DNA of 32,317 nucleotides from Octopus sinensis. Taxonomy: Eukaryota. The first letter of the stretch is position 1, and the number at the start of each line of letters is the position of its first letter. The notes below the pieces were generated by a model, which saw only the letters and a program-made list of their open reading frames with translations, was not told the origin of the DNA and ran no database searches. The translations under genes were made by a program, and so were the position numbers. Below, piece after piece: positions 21,845-32,317 of this stretch. The stretch spans positions 1-32,317 of the forward strand of contig NW_021832826.1 of the NCBI RefSeq assembly GCF_006345805.1. Direction: 5' to 3'.

Positions 21845-23010
21845 ATTTAAATGGAGATGATGATGAGAGGGACGGCGAGAAGGAAGAATATGAAGAGGAG
21901 GGGAGGAAGGAAGAGAACAGAAGAAGACGGAAAATAACAGAAAAAGAAGAATAGAAGAGGAAAAAGAAGGAAGTAGAGAGATGTAGTAGAGGAAGAACAA
22001 AAAGAAAGGAGAGAATGAAGAGTTGAAGGAGGAGAGTAGAAAAATAAAACTAGACGAGACGAAGGAGTAGCAGAAGTAAAAGATGAAGAAGAAGAAGAAT
22101 AAAAGAAAAGGAAGAAGAAGATGACAAAGAAGAACGAGAGAAAGAAAAAGAAGAGCAGAAGGAAAACAACAAAATAAATTGCGAAAGAAAAAAGAGGCGA
22201 AAGAAGACGATGACAACAAAAGGAAAGGGAAGAAGAAGAAGCATCAGGAGCAGCAGCAGCAGAAGAAGAAGGAGGAGGAAGGGGAGGAGGAGAAGAAGAA
22301 GTAGAAGAAGAAGAAGAACAACAACAACAACAAAAGTGAAGAAGGACAGGGGCTTGTGAATGAGAATGAAGAGTAGGAAAGAACAAGCTGAAGAAGATTA
22401 AGAAAGAGAAGAAAGACAGAGGTGGAGGAGGAGAAAAGAGAAGAAGAGAAGCAAGATAGGTATATAGAGTAGAAAAAGGACATGGACAACAAATACAACA
22501 ACAACAAAGAACAAGTCATGCAGAAGAAGAAGAAGAAAGGAAATGAAAAATACAAGAGTAACAGGATGAAAATTTAGAAAAACAAAAAGGAAAAATATAG
22601 AGAAGAAGAAGAAGAAGAAGAAGAAGAAGAAGAAGAAGAAGAAGAAGAAGAAGATGAAGAAGAACAAGAACAACAACAAAAACAACAACAACAGCTACAA
22701 CAACGGCAATGAGTAGAAGAGGCAAGAAATGTAAAAGCCGGATAAAAAGAACAATGAGGAAGAGGAAGCGGGGAGAGATAAATTGATAGATGCAGAGGAG
22801 AGTGTGAAGAAAATGAAATTGAAGAATAAGAGAAAGGAAGGATATGAAGAATCAGAAGGAAAAATGTAGACGAGTAAAAAGACAAGGAAGAAGAAGAAGA
22901 ACAACAACAACGACAACAACTACAAGTAGAAGTATAAGTAGAGGTAGGAGGAGAAGAAGAAGCAAAGAAGAAGAAGAAAATAATAAGATGAGGAGGAGCG
23001 AGAAGAAGGA
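21845..23010 (+). repeat. Purine-rich (GAA/GGA/CAA)n low-complexity tract; paralogue at 24320-25160
   Basis: Read directly, including pure (GAA)n at ~22601-22655. Confidence 0.95.
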
Positions 23011-23632
23011 TATTCACCCTCGATATGCGCACAAACTGACGCGACAGCTGAGTTCTCGCTTCAGCTCACGAGAAAGTAATAATGTCATTTTAGGGGCAAA
23101 AACCTGACTGATACTTTTCAAATGCATGATCTCTGATGGTAAGATGATGTTCCTTGTGACACAAGTGTAGTGAGACAAGTGTTTCCCATGGATGAGTTTG
23201 CGAAAAGGTTTTAGGATAAGGACACTTGGCCTCATTCATCCCCTGGTTTGAGCACTTTAGACGTCAGCATCTGGCATGAACTGATCATAAAAATGTTTGT
23301 GAGTAGCCCCACACCTATCTGAAAGCCCTCGAAACATCCATTCTTAGGTCGTGTGAATAGGACATTGATGAGAACTTCCATAAGAAATTTTGTGGTAAGG
23401 CAGGAAAAGGGTTGATAAAGTCTTTGTCAAACAAGGAGTAACTCATGATGCCTAAAATCCAAGGGTTTGGCCAGACTTCTTACTCAATCTTTCAAATATC
23501 ACTTTAAAACCTTCCGTTTGGACTTTATTCCAGTATTTCATGAGCTCCCAATCCTGAGCTATGTTAAAACATAGAATTTCATCTTCGCCAATTCATTCAT
23601 GATTATTCATGAGAGCTTGGAGAGGAACTCAC

Positions 23633-23821
23633 ATTTCGTCTTGCTCAAAATATGGCCCATTTGTGTAAGAAAAGCCGCTGATACTTCTGTTACCTTTAAG
23701 TAATACTGAGACACAACGTTTCGAATTTGTATCTAAAATTTGGACACTTTTTTCTGATATACTCGGTATCTGTACATCCATACACAAAAACATATGAAGA
23801 TTAAAAGATAAACTTAGAAAA
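23633..23821 (-). CDS. Candidate 189-nt phase 2-2 exon (copy 2), product unclear
   Basis: Same splice signals as copy 1. Open as FLSLSFNLHMFLCMDVQIPSISEKSVQILDTNSKRCVSVLLKGNRSISGFSYTNGPYFEQDE. Confidence 0.35.
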
Positions 23822-24148
23822 CTAGAATAAAAAAGTAAACACGAGAAAAAATGATGGAATATAGTTGAATAATGAGAATTTGAATATTAGGTAAACGGAT
23901 GTTTAGAAACAAGAACACGATTACCTATGCATAAGAAGTAAGTAAAAAAGAAGCTCATTCATCCACACACCTACACTTTCACAAACACGCATTCACACAT
24001 ACACTCAGAGAAAACTATGGAGAGAGTGAACGGGTGTTAGATAGATACACTCTAGAAAGAGAGAGAGAAAAAAACAAAGTTGGAGAAGATATTAACAATG
24101 TAGATATATGGGGAAATAGATGGTACGAACAAAAGCGACACAACTCAC

Positions 24149-24220
24149 AGTTCTTCTAAATTCAGAAGGTTTTCGAAGGTACCGCGTTGAATATACGTGA
24201 TATTATTGTCATTCAAATTC
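24149..24220 (-). CDS. LRR exon cassette, 72 nt, phase 2-2 (NLNDNNITYIQRGTFENLLNLEE-L)
   Basis: Duplicate of 21678-21749 with a single change (CCG/CTG, P/L). Splice sites intact. Confidence 0.92.
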
Positions 24221-26622
24221 CTGTAACATAAAACGGAGTTCATAACAAACATATAAAAGATTAGTGACAAAATGTTAAATATTATGGCGAAAAAAATTAG
24301 ATATAATTAAGAATTTAAATGGAGATGATGATGAGAGGGACGGCGAGAAGGAAGAATATGAAGAGGAGGGGAGGAAGGAAGAGAACAGAAGAAGACGGAA
24401 AATAACAGAAAAAGAAGGAATAGAAGAGGAAAAAGAAGGAAAGTAGAGGAGATGTAGTAGAGGAAGAACAAAAAGAAAGGAGAGAATGAAGAGTTGAAGG
24501 AGGAGGAGTAGAAAAAAAACTAGACGAGACGAAGGAGTAGCAGAAGTAAAAGATGAAGAAGAAAAGCAGCAACAAGAAGAAGATGACAAAGAAGAAGGAG
24601 AGAAAGAAAAAGAAGAGCAGAAGGAAAACAAATAAATTGCGAAAGGAAAAAGAGGCGAAAGAAGACGATGACAACAAAAGGAAAGGGAATAAGAAGCAAG
24701 CAGCAGCAGAAGCAGCAGAAGAAGAAGAAGGAGGAGGAGGGGGAGGAGGGGGTGGAGAAAAAGAAGATGAAGAAGAACAAGAACAACAACAAAAACAACA
24801 ACAACAACAACAGCTACAACAACGGCAATGAGTAGAAGAGGCAAGAAAAGTAAAAGCCGGATAAAAAGAACAATGAGGAAGTGGAAGCGGGGAGAGATAA
24901 ATTGATAGATGCAGAGGAGAGTGTGAAGAAAATGAAATTGAAGAATAAGAGAAAGGAAGGATATGAAGAATCAGAAGGAAAAATGTAGACGAGTAAAAAG
25001 ACAAGGAAAAGAGAACAACAACAACGACAACAACTACAAGTAGAAGTATAAGTAGAGGTAGGAGGAGAAGAAGAAGCAAAGAAGAAGAAGAAAGAATAAG
25101 ATGAGGAGGAGCGAGAAGAAGGATGAAGAAGGAGGATGGGGACGATGAAGAAGAAGAAGCAGAAATAGAAGTCTAGAATGTTAACCAATACACAAACAGA
25201 CACATACACACACAACCAAAGCAGGAGAAAAAAAGAATTATGAAGGGGAAGTGGTTAGACATAAATTAACATACGCAGAAGGACATAGGGTAGGAAATGA
25301 AAGAAAGAATAAGAGGAAGAATATGACGAATAAGAAGAAAAAAGAAGTCAAAGACGTTAATCAGTGTTTAGGGAGGAATAAATACCGTACATGATATAGA
25401 AACCGAATTACAGATACATTTTGCTACACTCGCATACACGCATCCATGCACCAACTGATACAAACACGCACAGAGACACCATCGCACACACACACACACA
25501 CGGACATAACTATTTGCACCACATTTTCTCTTCAATTGTCTCAAACTTTTATATCAGAAATCTCACGAATTTCTCCCCGCAACATTCGCAGTGTTTCACA
25601 AACAATAACACAGTTCGGATAGAGAAAGATTGTAAACATACACAGAAATACACGCGCATGCACTCAATGGGTTTCGTCTTGTATCGTGCATTAACATATC
25701 CCATATTTTTAGAAATGGACCCACACTCACACTCTCACATTTACAAAAAATAAAACTGATCTTTGGAAGTATAGACAAGGGAGGTTAAAATGAAGGATAG
25801 GCACATATTACAAATTTAGAAAGATAACGTAATGAAATATTAAAGAAGATTTAAATATAAGAGGTTTCAGAGGAATAGAGAATTCAGCGGATGATAGAGA
25901 AAGAGAAAGTGATATGAAGAAATCATGAAAGAGAATTTTTACATAAAGGAGAAGAAGAAGGAGAAGAAGAAGAAGAAGAAGGAGGAGGAGGAGGAGGAGG
26001 AGGAGGAAGTGGAGGATAGAGGAAATGTAAATAATGTAAATAGTGAGATGGTAGTAGTTGTGATATTGATAGTAATGAATATGTTAATAAGGCAAGATGA
26101 AAATAAATGGTGGTACTATCCATAACGAAGAGATTATGATGATGATGACGAGAGTGATGTTGTTAATGCTGATTGTTATGATAATGATTGAGGATTATCA
26201 TTTCAATGGTGAATATGAATATGATATTGAGGATGATGACGATGATGGTAATGTATTTGTCGTCCAGGATCAGAATGGATTTCAAGATATTGTATCTCTA
26301 TCGTGGTGCTATTTGGTAATAAATGATCTCGATGATGAAGATGGCGACGATGAACTTGACGATGTTTATGAGTGAGAAATGTAACAATGAAGATGAGAAT
26401 AATGTGTCTGATGAGGACAGAGAGGAAGACGTCCATAGTTATCACGGTGGCAATGGAGGTGAATTAAATAGATTTAAAGGAATAAGAGACTTCAGCTGAT
26501 GATGGAGAAAGATAAAATGTTATGAAGAACGTACGGAAGGAAATTTTACACACACGAGAAATAAAGTAGAAGGAGGCGGAAGAGGAGAAGGTGATGAAGA
26601 AGAAGAAGAAAGAAGGAGCATT

Positions 26623-26763
26623 AGAAGAAGAAGAAGAAGAAGAAGAAGAAGAAGAAGAAGAAGAAGAAGAAGAAGAAGAAGAAGAAGAAGAAAAAGAAGA
26701 AGAAGAAGAAAGAAGAAGAAGAAGAAGAAGAAGAAGAAGAAGAAGAAGAAGAAGAAGAAAAGA
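26623..26763 (+). repeat. (GAA)n microsatellite, ~140 bp
   Basis: Read directly, with few interruptions. Confidence 0.97.
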
Positions 26764-26770
26764 AGTAGAT

Positions 26771-26842
26771 ATATATCTTAAACTGGACAAATTTCGGAAG
26801 GTGTCTCCCTTGATTTCCTTAATATCATTAGAAGACAAATAC
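26771..26842 (-). pseudogene. Dead LRR cassette (YLSSNDIKEIKGDTFRNLSSLRY-I)
   Basis: 72 nt and open, but the acceptor position reads AA and the donor position reads AT. The upstream intron is homologous to those of the other cassettes. Confidence 0.85.
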
Positions 26843-26919
26843 TTGGAACACAAAATGGAGTTAAGAAGCAATTTTATGAGACATTTAGGGAAAAAGTTTG
26901 GTTAAACAATTAGATTTTT

Positions 26920-27340
26920 TGCGCACCGTGCCTGAAAGGTGCAGCTCTATCTAAAATACTCCATGTCACGTTGAAAGGTCGGTCTTCTTTTAATTCCCAG
27001 GCATACTTTGCCAAGCTGGTCTTCATCCTACTTTCGGGGTTTCCGAAGGAATTTTTATGCGAATAAAATCGGGTTTTGAAAGAATTTTCAGAAGCCCCGG
27101 TACAAGTTCTATATTAGCGTGAGCCTTCTATCTGCACCTTGGCTCTATACACGATTCCTTTCTCCAGACATTTTCCTTCCAACGGACAGGAGGTTCCATC
27201 ATTTCAATTATAATTTTTAAAAAGAGAATAGGCACTATGATTATTAGCAGTTATCCTACTGTTGTGTTGGTTAAAAAAAGAGAGGCGAAGTGCACGGTGC
27301 ACATAAAAGACCCATCAAATCTGATTTATGCCTGCTGGAA
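26920..27340 (-). mobile_element. Penelope-like element fragment (canonical linker plus GIY-YIG)
   Basis: SCPLEGKCLEKGIVYRAKV...*...TGASENSFKTRFYSHKNSF...TSLAKYAWELKE...VTWSILDRAAPF. One in-frame stop; 3' truncated. Confidence 0.88.
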
Positions 27341-28802
27341 AAATATTTTATTTCATTCCAGGACAATAACTCTTTAAATCAAAGAAGCGAACTCTTGAAT
27401 TCCTGCAGACACGCAACTGAATTTAAAATGTCGGTTAGCGATATACCATATGGATAGTGTATATTTTATTGGTTCTTGGACTAGTTTGATTTATGACTAC
27501 ATGATTTATTTCGCATCGCAAAGTTATTGTATATATTTCGAGATATTTCTCAAGAAAAACCTTCGATTGTTATACGTAAATATTATTTTCTTGTTTAAGT
27601 TTCTACATTTATTTTATTTCATTGTATTTTTATAAACCCATTTTAATCGCTTAATTTATAGATAATTCGATTTAGAGTGTTCTAATTTGCATATCTTTTA
27701 TTCGAATTTTATTATTATGCACTCAGCAATTTTTTTAAAATGTTGTTTAAATATATACGTCAGGACGTAGAGATGCTTTTATGTGGATATTTGTATTGTT
27801 GGCATGCATCTATGTATATGTGTAGGTAAGCGTGTATGTTTATAATTGTGCACATACATACATGGATGTATATGTATGCACGTGTTCATTTAGATTTGTG
27901 CAGATGTATATTTACGCACTTTCTTCCATATATTTATAAATGTGATCTGATATGTGTATTTATGCTAATATACACTTTTGTATAAACATGTATACGTAAT
28001 TTTATTTTGTGTGCGTTCGTTGCACATATTCAGCCACCTATTTTTCTTTCTTCCTTCTTTTCCTTTCCTTACGGAAGGTATTTTTCTTTCCCCATTCGTT
28101 ATTTGTATACAGTCCTTTAACTTCTCACTTCTCTCCCTCCTCCCACTCACCACTTTCTCTCGCTAACCGTTATATCTAAGATCCTTTATTTTCTTTTTCT
28201 TTCCCCCTCTCTGCGTTTTAAAATTCACTTCTCATCAAGATTGTCTGTCATAACTTCTATATGTATACACCAAGTGATTTTTGCATGCTAGTATGATTGC
28301 GTACATATGTATACATGTGTATATGTATATGTGTATATATATTTACGTCTTATATATGTCTGTATATGCATGTAGTCTGTGTGCATCCATCTGTGTATTT
28401 TGATGTATATATGTATATTAATGGTTAAATATCGCTTTATATTGTTGTAAAATATTTCTCTAATGTAGTGTGAAAATTTTAATGTATTAATTGTATTAAT
28501 TGTATTATATTTCGTATATAATCATTTGCAATATGTATTTTGAATCAGCTCTTCAATTTAAGGTTTTCTTTGATTTTTATAATAGGATGAATTTATATTG
28601 AATTCATTTTTTATTTTGTTTAGTTTGTTTATTGCATGCATAAGACCGTTGATTGAAAGGACCAATGAAGCAAATCCATTTTTAAAAGTGTATCATTTAA
28701 CTAGATTTTATCATATGGTTATTTCTGTTCTATTTTAAGAAAACGGTCCGAGGAACGGGAAGGTGAAACTCCGAGTAACAGCTTTTGGCATATTTCTGCT
28801 GC

Positions 28803-28866
<64 letters not shown>

Positions 28867-28969
28867 CAGGCATAACTTGCACTACACTTTTCCCTTCAAT
28901 TGTCATACACTGATATATCCGAATTCTCAAGAATTGCCCTCTACAACATTCGCAGTGATTCACAAGCAA

Positions 28970-29008
28970 CCATCTTCGATTTCCATGATATCATTAGAAT
29001 ACAAGTAC
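28970..29008 (-). pseudogene. Truncated LRR cassette (YLYSNDIMEIEDG...)
   Basis: The acceptor ttttttgtcccag| is intact. After 39 nt the sequence jumps to downstream-intron sequence homologous to ~25540-25615, so a deletion removed the 3' half and the donor. Confidence 0.75.
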
Positions 29009-29151
29009 CTGGGACAAAAAATGAGTTAAGAAGCACTTTTATGAGACATTTATGACAGGCTTTTGGTTTAAAATTTACATGAAGGAAGAGAAGAACAGCA
29101 AAGAAGAAGAAAATGAAGATGAAGAAGAAGAAAATAAAAAAGAAAGATAAG

Positions 29152-29273
29152 TGTTGTGTGGACGCCTCCAGACGATGAAGTGGATTAGCCCAATACGTAG
29201 ATAGAGAGGGAGACGTCTAGACGTCAGAGAGGAGAAGGGTTGAGTAGAGGTCATCCGAACGTGCGATATAATA
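29152..29273 (+). repeat. 5' LTR
   Basis: TGTTGTG...ATAATA; 13 differences from the 3' LTR by manual count. Confidence 0.9.
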
Positions 29274-29339
29274 GTGGCGACGAGGTTTCGAATAGTAATG
29301 AAAAGGAAGAGTTACTGAAAGCAGTCGTAAATCAACGAG

Positions 29340-30930
29340 AGTAGCAGCAGCATCTACGGTTGTTAACAGAATTGTTACTGCAGTCGAGAAATACGACCGA
29401 ATCATTTTCAGCAGATGGTTTTGCAAATTCCATCGAAGAATTTCACTACAATCCGGATGAAGGAACTACTTTTGCTGCATATTACAGACGATAGGAAGAC
29501 ATGTTCCGAGAGGAATGCAAGGGATGGCCTTGTGAAAGGAAGGTAAGGCTCCTTTTCCGAAAGCTTGCGACTCCGGAACACGAAAGATTTTGTAACTTTA
29601 TTTTGCCGAGAAAGCCCGCGGGGTTGTGTTTTGATGAAGCCATAATTATTTTGACTAATACTTTTAGTGAGTAAAAACATTCGATGAGAATGTTTAAATT
29701 TAAAGAAAAACGAGTCCGATGATTTTTTTAACATGTTCCGGTATGCTTAATAAGGCTTGCGAAAGGTTTAAGCAGGAAGAATTAACGCCAAATATGTTCA
29801 AGTGCCTAATATTCGTTAAAGGGCTAGTGGCAACGGAAGACGCGGAAATTAGAAAAAGAATATTATCAAAGTTGAATCAAGATGTGAAACTCACTTTGCA
29901 GAAAGGGGCTGAGGAAGGCCAACAAATAATAAACCTTCGAGATGATACAAGAAAGTATGGTGCTATGGTTTCGGAGATCGACATTTGAAGAAAGATTGCT
30001 CCTTTAAAGATAAAACCTGTTTTAAGTGTGGTAAAATTGGACATATACTGACGAAATGCCGGTCAAAGAAAATGGTAAAACAGAAGAAAGTCTACTCAAC
30101 AAAAGTAAATTATATCAGACAAAATCGAAAATTTGTGTTGGTAGAAATAAATGGGTTTCAGACCAAAATGCAATTAGATTCCGGTTCGGACGTATCGATA
30201 ATAAATACAGCAACATGGAGTAAGATAGGCAGACCGTTGTATAAAACAAAAACTACTAGAATAGCCTACGGTGTGTCAGCGGAACGAGTTCAATTCTTGG
30301 GCGAAATTTCACCAGAAATAAAACTTAAAAACAGGACGCGGAAATGTAAACTAATGGTATCTAAGAATATATTGAATCTGTTTGGCACATATTTAGTACA
30401 AGGATTCGACCTGTAGGATCTATCACTGAATACATTATGTAACAAGGTGAATGCGTCACAGACCGTGTCAGAGAAAGCATGGGAACAAATGAAATTAAAA
30501 TTGAAAAAGATGTACCCTGTTATTTTTCCGAAAGAGCTCGGTATGTGTAAAAAATTAAAGTAAAGTTTGAGTTGAAAGAAGATGCGGTGCCGGTGTTCAA
30601 ACCGAAAAGAAATGTACCTTTCGCGGCGTTAAACCAGGCTGAAAACAAATACAAAGATTGGAAGACATGGAAGTTATTGAAAAAGTAGATTACTGTGAGT
30701 GGGCGGCTCCTACAGTATATATAAAAAAGAAGAACAACGAGGTAAGAGTATGTGCAGACTGGTCTTAATGATTGTTTAAAAAATTACACTTATCCGCTTC
30801 CAAACCCAGAAGACATATTTGCTAAGTGCAGTGGCGGGAAAATGTTTTCCAAGCTGGATTTGTCAGAGGCCTAATTCCAATTACTGTCAGATGAAGAATG
30901 TGCTAAAGTATTAACAATCAATACTCGCAA
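29340..30930 (+). pseudogene. gag-pol remnant: gag, CCHC knuckle, protease and start of RT
   Basis: FHYNPDEGTTFAAYYRR*EDMF, CFKCGKIGHILTKC (CX2CX4HX4C), QLDSGSDVSII, EWAAPTV..KKNNEVRVCAD, YPLPNPEDIF, FSKLDLSEA. The rest of RT, RNase H and integrase are absent. Confidence 0.9.
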
Positions 30931-31351
30931 ATATGACAACATTTTTGCAGGTGTATACAATAACACCGAATCCAAATACAGAGTTGGGTAGGTCACCAGC
31001 AGATATGCTGCTTTCCAGAAAAATTCGTTCTATTTTTGACAAATGGTTGCCGGGCAGGAAACAGAAATAGAAAATTCGGGAAGAAAAACGAAATTGTTTA
31101 ACATAGGTGACAAAGAGAGGCGAGAAGAACCAATGGATTTATGGTATGATTTGTTCCAGGTCCCAGGACTACAAACAAAAGTGTTCGAGGTCCCAGAACC
31201 ACAAGCAAAAGCAGAACCGACACGTAGGTCGAACAGGAAGAGAAAACCTACAGAAATGATGGAAATTAACGCTAAGAGAAAAAGATATGCCAGTTTCTCA
31301 CCGAGGAAATAAAATTGATAAATTTGGGTTTAAAAACTCAAAAGAGGCAGG

Positions 31352-31473
31352 TGTTGTGCGGACACCTCCAGACGATGAAGTAGACAAGCCCAATACGTAG
31401 ATAGAGAGGAAGAACTCTAGACGTCAGAGAAGTGAAGGGTTGAGTAGAGGTCATCCGAACGTGCAACATAACA
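31352..31473 (+). repeat. 3' LTR
   Basis: TGTTGTG...ATAACA. Confidence 0.9.
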
Positions 31474-31878
31474 AGAAGAAAAAGAGAAACGATAGAGATG
31501 TCAATAATGTAGATGATACCCAATTACACATATATTTTGATACAATCGCAAATCCGCATCTATACAGAAACAAACACACACGCACACAACCACACACACA
31601 CCGGCCCCTTCCCCCAAGCCATACATATAATATACGTAGTTTACTCAAAGCAAGTGTGTGAACATACACAGTTATATACACATGCATGCACTAAATGGTT
31701 TCGCCTTGCATCATGAACCCACACATCCCGTATTTCAGAAATGGACCCACACGCACGCTCTCAAATTGATGAACAATAAAACCTTTCTTTGGATGGACGG
31801 GTAAGGGATGGGCACATAATACAGATTAGGAAAGATATCGTCAATGAAATACTACAGAAGGAAACAGATTCAACTTAT

Positions 31879-31952
31879 AGATATGTGAACCTACACAAAT
31901 CTCGGAGGGTGTCATATTTGATTTCCTTGATGTCATTAGAATCCCCAAGTGT
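31879..31952 (-). pseudogene. Dead LRR cassette (HL..DSNDIKEIKYDTLRDLCRFTY-L)
   Basis: The acceptor tgttccag| is intact. The exon is 74 nt (a 2-nt insertion causes a frameshift) and the donor is mutated to ATAAGT. Confidence 0.8.
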
Positions 31953-32039
31953 CTGGAACATCAAATTGAGTTAAAAAGGAATTTTATAGAACATTTCTGA
32001 TAGAGTTTGTGGTAAGCAATTAGATGAAAGAAGAGATGT

Positions 32040-32317
32040 ACAGTAATTCAAATGGTGATTAGTTTGATTACGAAGACGTTGTCGATAATGATGATGATGA
32101 TGAATCGTATGAGAGAGGAGAAGAATGAGTGCGATGGGGAGGAAGAAAACTGTTGTGATAGTGATGGTAGGTGTTGTGATATTTATAGTGATGCATATGA
32201 TAAGGCAGAGGTAAAAATACATAGTGATACTATCCATAACGAAGAGATGATGATGATGAGGAGGATGAGAGTGATGTTGTTAATGCTGATTGTTATGATA
32301 ATAATATAATGAAATTA
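32040..32317. repeat. (GAT/GAG)-rich intronic block paralogous to ~26040-26200
   Basis: tactatccataacgaagaga...gagagtgatgttgttaatgctgattgttatgataat occurs at both sites. Confidence 0.85.

Larger units (their letters stand above)
20585..25124. repeat. Tandem segmental duplication (~20585-23011 and ~23012-25124)
   Basis: Both copies start gatattca.. and share ~1.25 kb of unique sequence plus the same purine-rich tract ending gaggaggagcgagaagaaggat. Confidence 0.95.
29152..31473 (+). mobile_element. Ty3/Gypsy LTR retrotransposon (Mag-like), internally deleted
   Basis: Two 122-bp LTRs. PBS TGGCGACGAGG at ~29275, PPT aaaagaggcagg at 31340-31351, and an imperfect 5-bp TSD (ATAAG/AGAAG). Confidence 0.93.

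Noticed and set aside
26401-26445. CTGATGA-GGAC...GTCC, resembling a hammerhead core and stem II
   Set aside because: It is followed by ATAG instead of GAAA, has no stem I or III, and lies in GAT/GAG-rich low-complexity sequence.
21806-26905. Long poly-L/F/S and poly-E/K/R ORFs (up to 254 aa)
   Set aside because: They are translations of GAA/GGA/CAA tracts with no domain or splice support.

Overview
AT-rich eukaryotic genomic DNA, dense in microsatellites and transposon relics. The SINEs resemble Octopus/cephalopod families, which is an inference from recalled consensus sequences and was not searched. Nearly all ORFs in the supplied track are artefacts of (TA)n, (CA)n or (GAA)n repeats. Two organised systems stand out on manual reading. 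(1) A minus-strand leucine-rich-repeat (LRR) gene is built from 72-nt phase-2 exon cassettes spread over about 26 kb. Three cassettes are intact (24149-24220, 21678-21749, 16612-16683), three are paralogous dead copies (31879-31952, 28970-29008, 26771-26842), and an LRR C-terminal cap exon (5804-5887) carries an apparent 1-nt frameshift. One cassette was duplicated within a ~2.4 kb tandem duplication. (2) Penelope-like element (PLE) termini carry type-I hammerhead ribozymes in palindromic, inverted and tandem arrangements. They include a 1.6 kb RT-less element with an open but atypical GIY-YIG ORF followed by an intact hammerhead. Also present: Helitron relics, two mariners, a maT/Tc1-like fragment, a pogo-like MITE, a CR1-like LINE fragment, tRNA-derived SINEs and an internally deleted Gypsy LTR element.
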